A stretch of DNA of 32,000 nt from Gemmata obscuriglobus (GTDB lineage Bacteria > Planctomycetota > Planctomycetia > Gemmatales > Gemmataceae). The stretch spans positions 2,790,001-2,822,000 of the forward strand of contig NZ_CP042911.1 of assembly GCF_008065095.1 (NCBI RefSeq), read 5' to 3'. The position numbers and the translations under genes were made by a program. The notes below the pieces were generated by a model. It was not told the origin of the DNA. It searched no databases and was given only the letters and a program-made list of their open reading frames with translations. Positions 24,047 through 31,746 of the stretch are shown here, one piece after another (position 1 is the first letter of the stretch; each line of letters starts with the position of its first letter).

Positions 24047-24448
24047 GTGCAGAAGCAGTACATCAACCCGCCCGAACTGAACCCCGCGAACGGGTACTCC
24101 CACGTGGTCGTGGCGCCCGCCGGGAAAACGATTTACGTGTCCGGGCAGGTGAGCCTGAATGAGAAGGCCGAGGTGGTCGGCAAGGGGGACGTGCGGGCGC
24201 AGGTCGAGCACGTGTTCCAGAACCTCAAGGCGGCGCTCGGGGCCGCCGGCGCGACCTTCGACGACGTGGTGAAGGTGACCTACTACGTCGTGGGGCTGAA
24301 GCCGGAGCACCTGCCGCACATCCGCGAGATCCGCGCCAAGTACCTGAACCAGAAGACCCCGCCGGCGAGCACGCTGGTGGGGGTGGCGGCGCTGGCGGTG
24401 GCCGACTGGCTGGTCGAGATCGAAGTCGTCGCGGTGCTTCCCGGGTAA
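24047..24448 (+). CDS. RidA/YjgF/L-PSP family protein (reactive intermediate deaminase-like)
   Basis: ORF track, GTG start with AAGGAA upstream. The layout 'GYSHVVVAPAGKTIYVSGQVSLN...VEHVFQNLKAALGAAGATFDDVVKVTYYV...PASTLVGVAALAVADWLVEIEVVA' fits the family. Confidence 0.88.
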   Translation: MQKQYINPPELNPANGYSHVVVAPAGKTIYVSGQVSLNEKAEVVGKGDVRAQVEHVFQNLKAALGAAGATFDDVVKVTYYVVGLKPEHLPHIREIRAKYLNQKTPPASTLVGVAALAVADWLVEIEVVAVLPG

Positions 24449-24457
24449 CTTGCGTTC

Positions 24458-24507
24458 GGGCCGTTAGGACGTAGCACAGTGCACCCGCCCTGTGCCAACG
24501 GCTGCCC
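24458..24507 (+). terminator. Compound hairpin downstream of the RidA gene (possible terminator, no U-tract)
   Basis: The outer stem pairs gccgtt (24460-24465) with aacggc (24497-24502). The inner stem pairs gcacag (24474-24479) with ctgtgc (24490-24495), with a 10-nt loop. Confidence 0.3.
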
Positions 24508-25309
24508 GGCGTTCGAGCGGATCGCCCGAACCCGTTTCTGGTTCGCGCGGTCGCGCGAGTGACGCTGCTCGCCGGGACACACCGGCTGCTCCTGCGCGGG
24601 CGCGGGCGCGGGGCGGCGAGGCTGTTCGTGGCGGCAAACTCGTGCTCCCGACGCCGTTCCCGCCCTGCCTCGGCGACGGCTCCGACGGGCGCGACCCGAG
24701 CCCGGAACCGTACCTCGACCTCGGCCCGGACTTCCGCTTCGCTTCGCCCGGCACCCGCGAAGCGTGGCGCACGTTTAAGTCTGCGAGCACCGAACACCTC
24801 GTTGTGCTGAAAACCGTAGTCGGCGGGCTGATGAGCAAGCGCGCCCGCCGGCCCGAACTCGGCGAAACGGTCGTCGCGATTTCGCCTGACGGTCAGCGGC
24901 TCTTTTTCCTGCTCAGTAGCGGCAAACCGGTGCCGTACACGGACGAAGCGTGGGGCCGATTTGCCGCGGCCCAATAGGCTCGCGTGGCGAAGTTGGAAGC
25001 CGAACGCCGCATCACCGCGTTCGCGCAGTCCAAAACCCAACGGGATGCGCGCCGTGCCGCAGCGAACAAGTGGCTCGATACGACTCCTGCTCCGGACGTG
25101 CCGGAACTGCCGAAGGGGCTCCCCGCGAACAACGCGATCGATCACTTCATGGGCGCCAAAATCGCGGCTGCTAACGCGGTTACCGGTAAAGAGGGTACGG
25201 TGAGCGACGCGCGGGACGTGCGGCCCATCCTCGAAGCGAAGTGCTTCTCCTGCCATCAAGGGGTAAGGCGAAGGCGGGGCTGTCGCTCGACAAGAGCTTG
25301 GCCGCCTGA
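24492..25309 (+). pseudogene. Decayed 5' part of a PSCyt1-containing paralogue (in-frame TAG, frameshift, internal deletions)
   Basis: ORFs 24492..24977 and 24984..25397 share one frame and are separated only by TAG 24975-24977. 'VRPILEAKCFSCHQG' (CxxCH at 25242-25256) parallels 'VRPILAARCFKCHGPDD' of the intact gene. The expected continuation KAKAGLSLDKSLAA is in another frame (25265-25309) and ends in TGA. Confidence 0.7.
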
Positions 25310-25320
25310 GCGATTCGTAG

Positions 25321-25830
25321 GTCACACTGCTCAAACAGTGGATCGCGGAGGGTGCTTTCTATACCGAGCGCCCGGGGCGCGTCACCGAGTTGACTGATGA
25401 CCTCACGTTCCTGCGCCGGGTCACGCTCGACACGGTCGGTTTTGTTCCGACGGCCGAAGAAGTGGCCGCGTTCCTCGGCGAACCGGCGGCGGCACGCCGA
25501 GGAACGCGGTCGACCGCCTGCTGGCCGACCCGCGGCGTGCGGGGCACGGAGTTCGGCCGCCCGGCGGAGTTCGACGGCGGCAGGGGACGCGGGCACCAGG
25601 GCACGTGTTTCTCACTGCTACTCGCGGGCGGCGGGCTGAAGCACTGCGGCGCCTGCGGCGTAACGGACGATCTGGCGAAGAAGATCGTGGAACGACCGGT
25701 CCCGGTGCCGGACTGCCACGCGACCATCTGCGCGGTCCTCGGCATCGACCCGGCGAAGGCGCTGGCGGGCGGCCCGCGGCCGGTGCCGATCACCGACGAC
25801 GGTAAGCCGATTGCGGCGCTGTTCGGTTGA
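25321..25830 (+). pseudogene. Chimeric remnant: PSCyt1 C-terminal + DUF1549 fragment fused by deletion to a DUF1501 C-terminal fragment
   Basis: This is a single open frame. '[12 protein letters not shown]' and '[28 protein letters not shown]' correspond to 'LKAWITSGTTY' and '[27 protein letters not shown]' in the intact gene. '[10 protein letters not shown]' is readable only in another frame. From about 25545, 'GTEFGRP...[19 protein letters not shown]...[14 protein letters not shown]...[14 protein letters not shown]' parallels the DUF1501 C-terminus 'GGEFGRTP...GRDHHPQAFTIWMAGGGIK...DVQATILHALGFDH...RLTDVFGKVIKEAL'. Confidence 0.75.
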
Positions 25831-25883
25831 GCCAGGAGACCTCAGTCGCCACCGACCGCGGTGAGCTACCCTCGGAAGTACCG

Positions 25884-25913
25884 CGGACTGGTCACGGACT
25901 GGTCACGGACTGG
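25884..25913. repeat. Tandem 11-mer repeat, cggactggtca x2.7
   Basis: Read directly from the sequence: 25884-25894, 25895-25905, and a partial copy at 25906-25913. Confidence 0.9.
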
Positions 25914-26179
25914 GGGGACAGGTAGTCACCTGCTGGGGGCCAGCCACTCCGCGTGACTCGTGCCATTACTGATACAGGTGTCAAATTCGTACGTCGTCGA
26001 CTCGCCTGAGTTGGTGGAGCTTCGCGCAAGGACTAACTTGGACAAGATCGCTGAAGGTGACGTTAAAGTGTTTGTAAAACGTTGATATGGCAGCATTTGT
26101 TGAGAACGGTGGGCTCCCTTGTACGTGCGAAAACCGTGTGCCTGCCATTCTGTTGTTAGGGGCCGTTGTAGATCACCTC

Positions 26180-26230
26180 GTGTATCCACGTGGCGCTGTA
26201 ACCCCCCGTTACAGCGCCACGTGGATACAC
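26180..26230. repeat. Perfect 23-bp-stem palindrome with a CCCCC loop and an internal CCACGTGG core in each arm
   Basis: gtgtatccacgtggcgctgtaac (26180-26202), ccccc, then gttacagcgccacgtggatacac (26208-26230). It lies in a lower-GC gene-less stretch. Confidence 0.9.
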
Positions 26231-26291
26231 GACAGCGAATTGAGAAACCGGAACGGCAGCGATCGAGCAGGTGCGGTCGGGGAACAGACAC

Positions 26292-26370
26292 ACGATCCGG
26301 TTACTAGTGCCTGCTTTGGTTTTTTGTACACAGACATTCATGTCTGTGAGTCGTGTGAGGGTCGCACGGA
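26292..26370. repeat. Repeat-family copy B (left module plus a single short hairpin)
   Basis: acgatccggttactagtgcctgctttggtttt (26292-26323) matches copy A 18959-18990 at 30 of 32 positions. The hairpin cacagaca-ttca-tgtctgtg (26329-26348) matches the arm hairpin of copy A. It is followed by gtgtgagggtcgc (26353-26365). Confidence 0.85.
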
Positions 26371-26650
26371 TATTAATCAGTAGTTGCCACGGTGGTTGAG
26401 CGGCGCATGAGTTTCCGTGACCATGGTTTGTGCGCCCAACCCATTGAGCGGGGTTTGCCATGCGCCGTTCCCGATGTACCGCCGTTGCGGTGCGGAGCCA
26501 ACACGCCTGGGCCGGGGGGGGCCGGCGTGCTGCACCGGACCGACGGTGCGTCGGTGACCCGGGTGGCGGTGGCCCGGTGCCGGCGGGTCGCGTCGGCCCT
26601 GCGGGTGGCCCTCTCGGCGGTCGCCCGGCGGGTCGCGGCCGTGGGCCGGG

Positions 26651-27165
26651 GATCTGCCGCGGGACCGGGACACCCTGGAACGGTACCTGGCTGCCGGGTT
26701 CCGTCGGCACCTCCCGCGGTCGTTCCGGGAGCACCCGATCCCGATCGCCATCGGCACCCACGCGCGGCCGTTCGACGGGGACTACGAGAACACACCCGGA
26801 GTGGTCGGGGGCAAGCCCAAGGACGGGGCCAAGTGGTTCTGGGGGTACGCCACGGCAGTGGCCCTGGTGCCCGGTCACCGGCACACCCTGGGGCTCACCG
26901 GGATGCGCCCCGGGGACACACCTGACGCCCGGGGAGAGCGGCTCCGGGCCCAGCTCGGGTGGGCCGGGGTGAAGGTCCGGTACGTGCTCCTGGACCGCGG
27001 GTTCGACTCGGCCCGGGTGGCCAACGCGTTGGCCCGACGCCAGCTCCGGTTCATCATCCCGATGGTGCGGCGCGGGAAGGCGGTGCCGCCGCTGTTCCGG
27101 CGCGGCACCCGGGGTGGTCCGTGCACACCATCCGGTGCCGCAAGTGCCGGCCGGAACGTGAATGA
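26651..27165 (+). pseudogene. Truncated and frameshifted DDE transposase remnant (IS4/ISH3-like)
   Basis: My own translation from 26651, in the same frame as track ORF 26801..27343: DLPRDRDTLERYLAAGFRRHLPRSFREHPIPIAIGTHARPFDGDYENTPGVVGGKPKDGAKWFWGYATAVALVPGHRHTLGL...VRYVLLDRGFDSARVANALARRQLRFIIPMVRRGK. The 'LLDRGF' block is typical of the second catalytic Asp region. 'GWSVHTIRCRK' continues in another frame (track ORF 26959..27165). There is no C-terminal catalytic Glu region and no start codon. Confidence 0.6.
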
Positions 27166-27327
27166 GACCAGATCAGCATGGCTGATGCGCCGCCCGTGCC
27201 AAGTCCAGCCTCCCGCCTTCGACGCCGATCTCTGCGGCACAACGCCCGCCAGCAACCGTGAGAAACGCTTGCTCATTGGGTTGGAACAGTGGTACCTTCG
27301 AGTTCGTAGGCTCACGGAGCTCGTGAC

Positions 27328-27947
27328 ATGCTTCGCTCGTTGACTGTGTCGGTGGTCGGGGCCGCCCTGACCTGGTCCCTGCCGGTCGCGCTCTCGCCGA
27401 TAGCCGTAGCCCCCGCCGCCCCGGTACCCGCGCACTTGATGAAATCGGCACCGCAGCGGTATTACTTTCCGATTTGGGTCGGTACAACGTGCGTATACGA
27501 CTCCGACGGAGACGAAGAGCGGGTTACGGTTACGAAGGTTGAGCCGCAGGGGGCTGCGTTCATTGTCACGACGAAGCGCACGCACAAAGGCTCCCCGTCC
27601 GGCGTCGAAGAACGCCGCGTCACGTCCGCCAGCGTACTACGCATCAGCTCCGAAGGAGTACGGCTTCCAGATCCCGTCCCGGAAGTGCTGACCCCGTTCA
27701 AAGTCGGCGACGTGTGGGGCGAGATCCGTCAGCCGGGGCGTTCAGGTGGGTCGTCCGCGGCGTCGAGACGATAACCGTACCCGCCGGTTCGTTCGAGACC
27801 GTGCGGGTGGACGAGCAGTACTTCGACAGGTGCGGTCTGGTTACGACCACCTCGTGGTACGCCCACGGTGTCGGGTTGGTGAAATGGGCTTTCCCTCCGC
27901 TGGGCTGCTCCAGGGTGCTCACTTCCGTCGTTCCGGGGCGGGATTAG
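27328..27947 (+). pseudogene. Secreted hypothetical protein interrupted by a single frameshift (or a sequencing error)
   Basis: ORF 27328..27774 has a signal peptide (MLRSLTVSVVGAALTWSLPVALSPIAVAPA) and ends in a low-complexity tail. ORF 27714..27947, in another frame, continues sensibly: 'AFRWVVRGVETITVPAGSFETVRVDEQYF...TTSWYAHGVGLVKW'. The switch point is near the ccgggg run at about 27730-27745. Confidence 0.5.
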
Positions 27948-28106
27948 CGACGACTGTTCGTCGCGCGCGAGCCGCTCCGCCCGGAGCTTCGTTCGGCGCA
28001 CCGCTGAGCGGCTTGCCCAGGCCGAAGCTGGTGCCCGGCGGACTGCGGCGCCGTGCTCTTATTGTGAGGACCGGATTACGGTTACGAATGACGATCGGAG
28101 AGCCTT

Positions 28107-28334
28107 ATGTCGACCGGTGAAACGCCCCGCCCGAGCCCCGCGAACGTCGCGATGACCCTTCTGCTGTGGGCCGCGCTCACCGCCGTCGGGCTCGCCGTCG
28201 TTGTCTTCGGGTACGGCGCGATCTGCGCGACCGCGGTTTACAACTCGCGCGAGCAGCGCCACCGAAGCAACGAAAGCGCCGCCCCCGGTCGCAACGACGA
28301 CGCGCCACCGGCCGCCCACTCGCGAACGGAATGA
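28107..28334 (+). CDS. Small hypothetical membrane protein (75 aa)
   Basis: ATG preceded by GGAGAG. The hydrophobic stretch is VAMTLLLWAALTAVGLAVVVFGYGAICATAVY, followed by a charged tail. No family recognised. Confidence 0.4.
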   Translation: MSTGETPRPSPANVAMTLLLWAALTAVGLAVVVFGYGAICATAVYNSREQRHRSNESAAPGRNDDAPPAAHSRTE

Positions 28335-28346
28335 CCCGGCCGGGCG

Positions 28347-29234
28347 TCACGCGATCGCGACCGCGAGGTCCGGGCACTGGACCGCGCCGACGTCGAGCGC
28401 CTGTGCGAACGCTTCCACCTTCGGCGCGATCGCGGTCAGGAACGCGCTCAGCGCGGGCACATCGAGCCCGTGGTCGCGTTGCGCCGCTTCGAGCACCGGG
28501 TCCATCAGCTTCGGGTGGTCGGCCAGCACGTCGAGCCGCATCAGGCAGTCGGACAGCCAGAGCAGCTCGGCGCGGGACCCCAGCGGGCCGGCTGGGAGTT
28601 GGTTCGGGTGGTGGTGGTGGCGGATCGGTTCGGTCACGTCGGCCGGCAACCCCCACCGGCTGAGCAGCTCGGCCCCGATGTCGGCGTGGTCCGCCCCGAA
28701 CACCGCTTGTTCGGCCGCGGTGTTGGCGAGCTGCGGGTGGGCGCCGGCCCGGCGGAGGCCGATCCACTTCGCCGGGAACGTGCGCCGCAACAGTTCCGCC
28801 CCCACGTCCCGGAGCAGCGCGGCGGCCATGTCCTCGTCCGGAGCCGGGCGGTCACCGGCGGCGGCCAGCTCCCGGGCGATGAGGGCGCCGCCGATGGAGG
28901 TCAGCCAGTAGTCCCGCGCGCCGGGGTCGCGGCCCCGCGGGCCGGGGGCCGACAGCGACAGGGTCAGGGCGCGCACGGCGCGGCGCCCGAGCACCTGGAT
29001 CGCGCGGGCGGCGCTGGAAACGGGCCGGGCCAGGCCGTACACGCACGAGTTGGCGGCCCGCAGCAGGCCGGCGCAGAGGGCCGGGTCGGTGGACAGCAGG
29101 CCGGCCAGCTCGGCCGGGTCGCAGTCCGGCGCTTCGGCGAGCTGGTAGACGCGCATCGCCACCGCCGGCATCGGCGGCAGCCGGTCCGAGGTGAATAGAG
29201 TCACAAGCAGCGCGCGGCGCGATTGATCGGTCAT
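28347..29234 (-). CDS. HDOD domain protein
   Basis: ORF track 28347..29396, trimmed to ATG 29234 (MTDQSRRALL...). Blocks: 'LPPMPAVAMRVYQLAEAPDCDPAELAGLLSTDPALCAGLLRAANS', 'AIQVLGRRAVRALTLSLS' and 'FGADHADIGAELLSRWGLPADVTEPIRHHH'. Confidence 0.85.
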   Translation of the reverse strand: MTDQSRRALLVTLFTSDRLPPMPAVAMRVYQLAEAPDCDPAELAGLLSTDPALCAGLLRAANSCVYGLARPVSSAARAIQVLGRRAVRALTLSLSAPGPRGRDPGARDYWLTSIGGALIARELAAAGDRPAPDEDMAAALLRDVGAELLRRTFPAKWIGLRRAGAHPQLANTAAEQAVFGADHADIGAELLSRWGLPADVTEPIRHHHHPNQLPAGPLGSRAELLWLSDCLMRLDVLADHPKLMDPVLEAAQRDHGLDVPALSAFLTAIAPKVEAFAQALDVGAVQCPDLAVAIA

Positions 29235-29633
29235 GGTGGTAGCGGCCGTGCCGGTGCATGAACTGTAAGTGATCGGTGCTCTACAGGTGTAGATCGAACC
29301 GCTCGTCGGGTCAAACGAATAGACGTTCCGGCTACCGACGCGCGCCGCCGCCGCCCGAATTTTCGCGCCGCGCCCCGAGACGTGCCCGCCCTTCACGGTG
29401 CCCCGTGGGCCGCGGTCCGCGCGTCGGGATCGCCGTAAGTTGTTGGGGGGGCGGCCCCGAATCCGTTCCCCTCACCGGCCGTACCGGCACGGTTCGCCGC
29501 CGGCACGGCCGTCGCCCGGTCGGGCGGTCGTCACCCCGGTCCCGCCGAAAAGGACGCCCGACCGGTGTTGGCGTTGCCGCGCTTGCGGTTGCACACTTAG
29601 CATGAGGGGAGAGATCCACTCCGAGGACCGAAG

Positions 29634-30839
29634 ATGGCCACCAGCTCGCGTTTCGACATTTCGCGCCTCGAGGCTGCCCCGCGGGTGCCGGGCAAGCCGC
29701 GGCACAAGACCCGCGAGGTGAAAGTCGGCACCCGCGTGTTTGGCGGCTCGAACCCGGTTTGGGTTCAGTCCATGACCACCACCGACACCTTCGACGTCGA
29801 CGCCACGGTGAAGCAGATCCACGCCCTCGAAGAGGCGGGGTGCGAGCTGGTGCGGGTGACGGTCCCCAAGCCCGAGGACGCCGGCGCCCTCAGCGCGATC
29901 CGCGCGCGCGTCGGCATCCCGCTGATCTGTGACATCCACTTCGACTACAAGATGGCGCTGGCCGCCCTCGACCACCCGGTGGACAAGATCCGGATCAACC
30001 CCGGGAACATCAACAAGGCCGGCGACACCACCCACGACCGGTTCCGGCAGATCGTGCGCAAGGCCAAGCAGAAGGGCATCCCGATGCGGATCGGGGTGAA
30101 CGCCGGGAGCCTGGAAACCGAGGTGAACCTGAAGTACGGGTTCCCGTGCCCGCCGGCGATGGTCGAGAGCGCGCTCCGCTACATCGAGGTGGCCGAGAGC
30201 GAGGGGTACCACGACATCATCGTGTCGCTGAAGTCGAGCGACGTGCTGGTCGCGGTCGAGGCGTACCGGCTGTTCGCGCAGATGTGCGACTACCCCACGC
30301 ACATCGGCATCACGGAAGCCGGCAAGCCGCCGTACGCGGTGACCAAGAGCGCCGCGGGGCTCGCGCCGATCCTGCTCGACGGCATCGGCGACACGATTCG
30401 CATTTCGCTGCTGGGCGACCCGGTGCCGGAGATCGCGGCGGCGTTCGACATCCTCCAGGCCACCCAGCGGCGGGTGCGCCGGCCCGAGCTGATCGCGTGC
30501 CCGACCTGCGGCCGGCTGGCGATCGACCTGGAAGACATCATCGCGAAGCTCGAGGCCCGGCTGAACGGGAAGCGGCTGCCGGTGAAGATCAGCGTGCTGG
30601 GGTGCATCGTGAACGGCCCGGGCGAGGCGCGCGAGGCGGACATCGGCATCGCCGCCGGCAACGGGCAGGGGATGATCTTCCGCAACGGCGAGATGGTGCG
30701 CCGGGTGCCCGAGGCCGAGATCGTGGACGCACTTATGGAAGAACTCGCACGCTGGGAGAGCGAGAACCAGCACCGCATTCCCAAAACGACCGACGCCGAG
30801 GGCCTGGGGCGGCGCAAGCTGCCGGTTGTGGCGAGCTGA
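29634..30839 (+). CDS. ispG: 4-hydroxy-3-methylbut-2-en-1-yl diphosphate synthase (MEP pathway)
   Basis: ORF track, 401 aa. Blocks: 'VKVGTRVFGGSNPVWVQSMTTTDT', 'RVTVP', 'IRINPGNI', and the Fe-S Cys motifs 'ACPTCGR' and 'GCIVNGPGE'. Confidence 0.95.
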   Translation: MATSSRFDISRLEAAPRVPGKPRHKTREVKVGTRVFGGSNPVWVQSMTTTDTFDVDATVKQIHALEEAGCELVRVTVPKPEDAGALSAIRARVGIPLICDIHFDYKMALAALDHPVDKIRINPGNINKAGDTTHDRFRQIVRKAKQKGIPMRIGVNAGSLETEVNLKYGFPCPPAMVESALRYIEVAESEGYHDIIVSLKSSDVLVAVEAYRLFAQMCDYPTHIGITEAGKPPYAVTKSAAGLAPILLDGIGDTIRISLLGDPVPEIAAAFDILQATQRRVRRPELIACPTCGRLAIDLEDIIAKLEARLNGKRLPVKISVLGCIVNGPGEAREADIGIAAGNGQGMIFRNGEMVRRVPEAEIVDALMEELARWESENQHRIPKTTDAEGLGRRKLPVVAS

Positions 30840-31059
30840 TCTGCGGCCCGGTCGGTCGCTGCTTTGGGCTTGTGACCCGATGCGCGTCGGTGTTGTGGCC
30901 GGCGCCGCAGCGCGGGCTTCTGGCTCGCCTGCTGTTGGCGGTTTGGTCCGGCTCCGCGGAGGTGTCAGGCTCACTCCCGGCGCGTATCAGCGAGCCAGCG
31001 GTAGCGTGAAGGGCGCGGCCCTATAATGCGCGTCAGCCCGCACCCGCGTGAGGCGCCGC

Positions 31060-31746
31060 ATGAGCCTGAAACTTCTGGTCGTCGAGGACCAGGCCGACTT
31101 TGCGGATTTCGTGGTTCGCGGGCTCCGGGAAGAGGGGTTTACGGTCGAGAGCGCCGCGGACGCACGCGCCGCCTGGCACGCGCTCGCGACCGCCGACTGG
31201 GACGTGGTGCTGCTCGACCGTGGTCTGCCGGGCGAGGACGGCTTGTCTCTTCTGAAGCGGCTCCGCGCGGCGGGACGCTTTACCCCGGTCCTGATGCTCA
31301 CCGCCCGGGACGCCGTGCCCGACCGGGTCGCCGGGCTCGACGCCGGCGCCGACGACTACCTCACCAAGCCGTTCGCGTTCGACGAACTCCTGGCCCGCGT
31401 CCGCGCGCTCGCACGGAGACCGGCCGCGGTCACCGGCACGACCCTGTCCCACGCCGACGTTCGAGTCGATCTCGCTACCCAGCGCGCCGAGCGGGCCGGG
31501 CACAAGCTCGACCTGACCGCCAAGGAGTACGCGCTGCTGGTGCTGTTCCTGCGGCACCCCGGCCAGGTGCTCACCCGCACCCGCATCTACGAACACGTTT
31601 GGGACGAGCGGTACGACGGCACCTCCAACACGCTCGAGGTTCACGTCAAGGACCTCCGCCGGAAGCTGGAGGGGCACGGCCCCCGGCTGATTCACACGCT
31701 CCGCAACCGCGGGTACCGGTTCTCCACCGACGGGGACGCGCCGTGA
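31060..31746 (+). CDS. OmpR/PhoB-family response regulator (receiver + winged helix)
   Basis: ORF track 31048..31746; I prefer ATG 31060 (MSLKLLVVEDQ...). The receiver Asp is in VVLLDRGLPGEDG and the conserved Lys in YLTKPF. The C-terminus reads 'LTAKEYALLVLFLRHPGQVLTRTRIYEHVWDERYDGTSNTLEVHVKDLRRKL...IHTLRNRGYRF'. Confidence 0.92.
   Translation: MSLKLLVVEDQADFADFVVRGLREEGFTVESAADARAAWHALATADWDVVLLDRGLPGEDGLSLLKRLRAAGRFTPVLMLTARDAVPDRVAGLDAGADDYLTKPFAFDELLARVRALARRPAAVTGTTLSHADVRVDLATQRAERAGHKLDLTAKEYALLVLFLRHPGQVLTRTRIYEHVWDERYDGTSNTLEVHVKDLRRKLEGHGPRLIHTLRNRGYRFSTDGDAP

Noticed and set aside
24225-25334. 369-aa minus-strand ORF across the RidA 3' end and the pseudogene region
   Set aside because: It has a poly-Arg/Pro/Ala composition, it overlaps the RidA gene antisense, and the plus strand carries recognisable (decayed) PSCyt blocks.
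25884-25913. Tandem repeat considered as a possible CRISPR or minisatellite
   Set aside because: It has only 2.7 copies of an 11-mer, with no spacers and no cas genes. It is not a CRISPR array.
25926-26096. Possible 56-aa minus-strand small protein (MLPYQRFTNTLTSPSAILSKLVLARSSTNSGESTTYEFDTCISNGTSHAEWLAPSR)
   Set aside because: I recognise no family and see no convincing RBS. It lies in the decayed low-GC segment. It cannot be supported without expression or conservation data.
26087-26383. 98-aa plus-strand ORF that reads through the 23-bp palindrome and repeat copy B
   Set aside because: The open frame is most simply a by-product of the palindromic repeats. The region has low GC3, the ORF has no motifs, and the repeat also occurs in non-coding context at 18959-19069.
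26377-26560. Possible 3' remnant of a second DUF1559 gene on the minus strand (it ends ...HRGNY-stop, and tcagtagttgcc resembles tcagtagttccc at the 3' end of the DUF1559 gene at 17502)
   Set aside because: Only about 12 nt and a GNY terminus are shared. The upstream translation lacks the H-X9-DG block. The evidence is too weak to call.
28166-29259. Plus- and minus-strand Arg-rich ORFs over the HDOD gene (28166..28663, 28177..28767, 28201..28911, 28470..29198, 28852..29259)
   Set aside because: The HDOD frame (28347..29234) is the only one with family motifs. The others are compositional artefacts.
29472-30974. 500-aa minus-strand ORF
   Set aside because: It is antisense to ispG, which is unambiguous.
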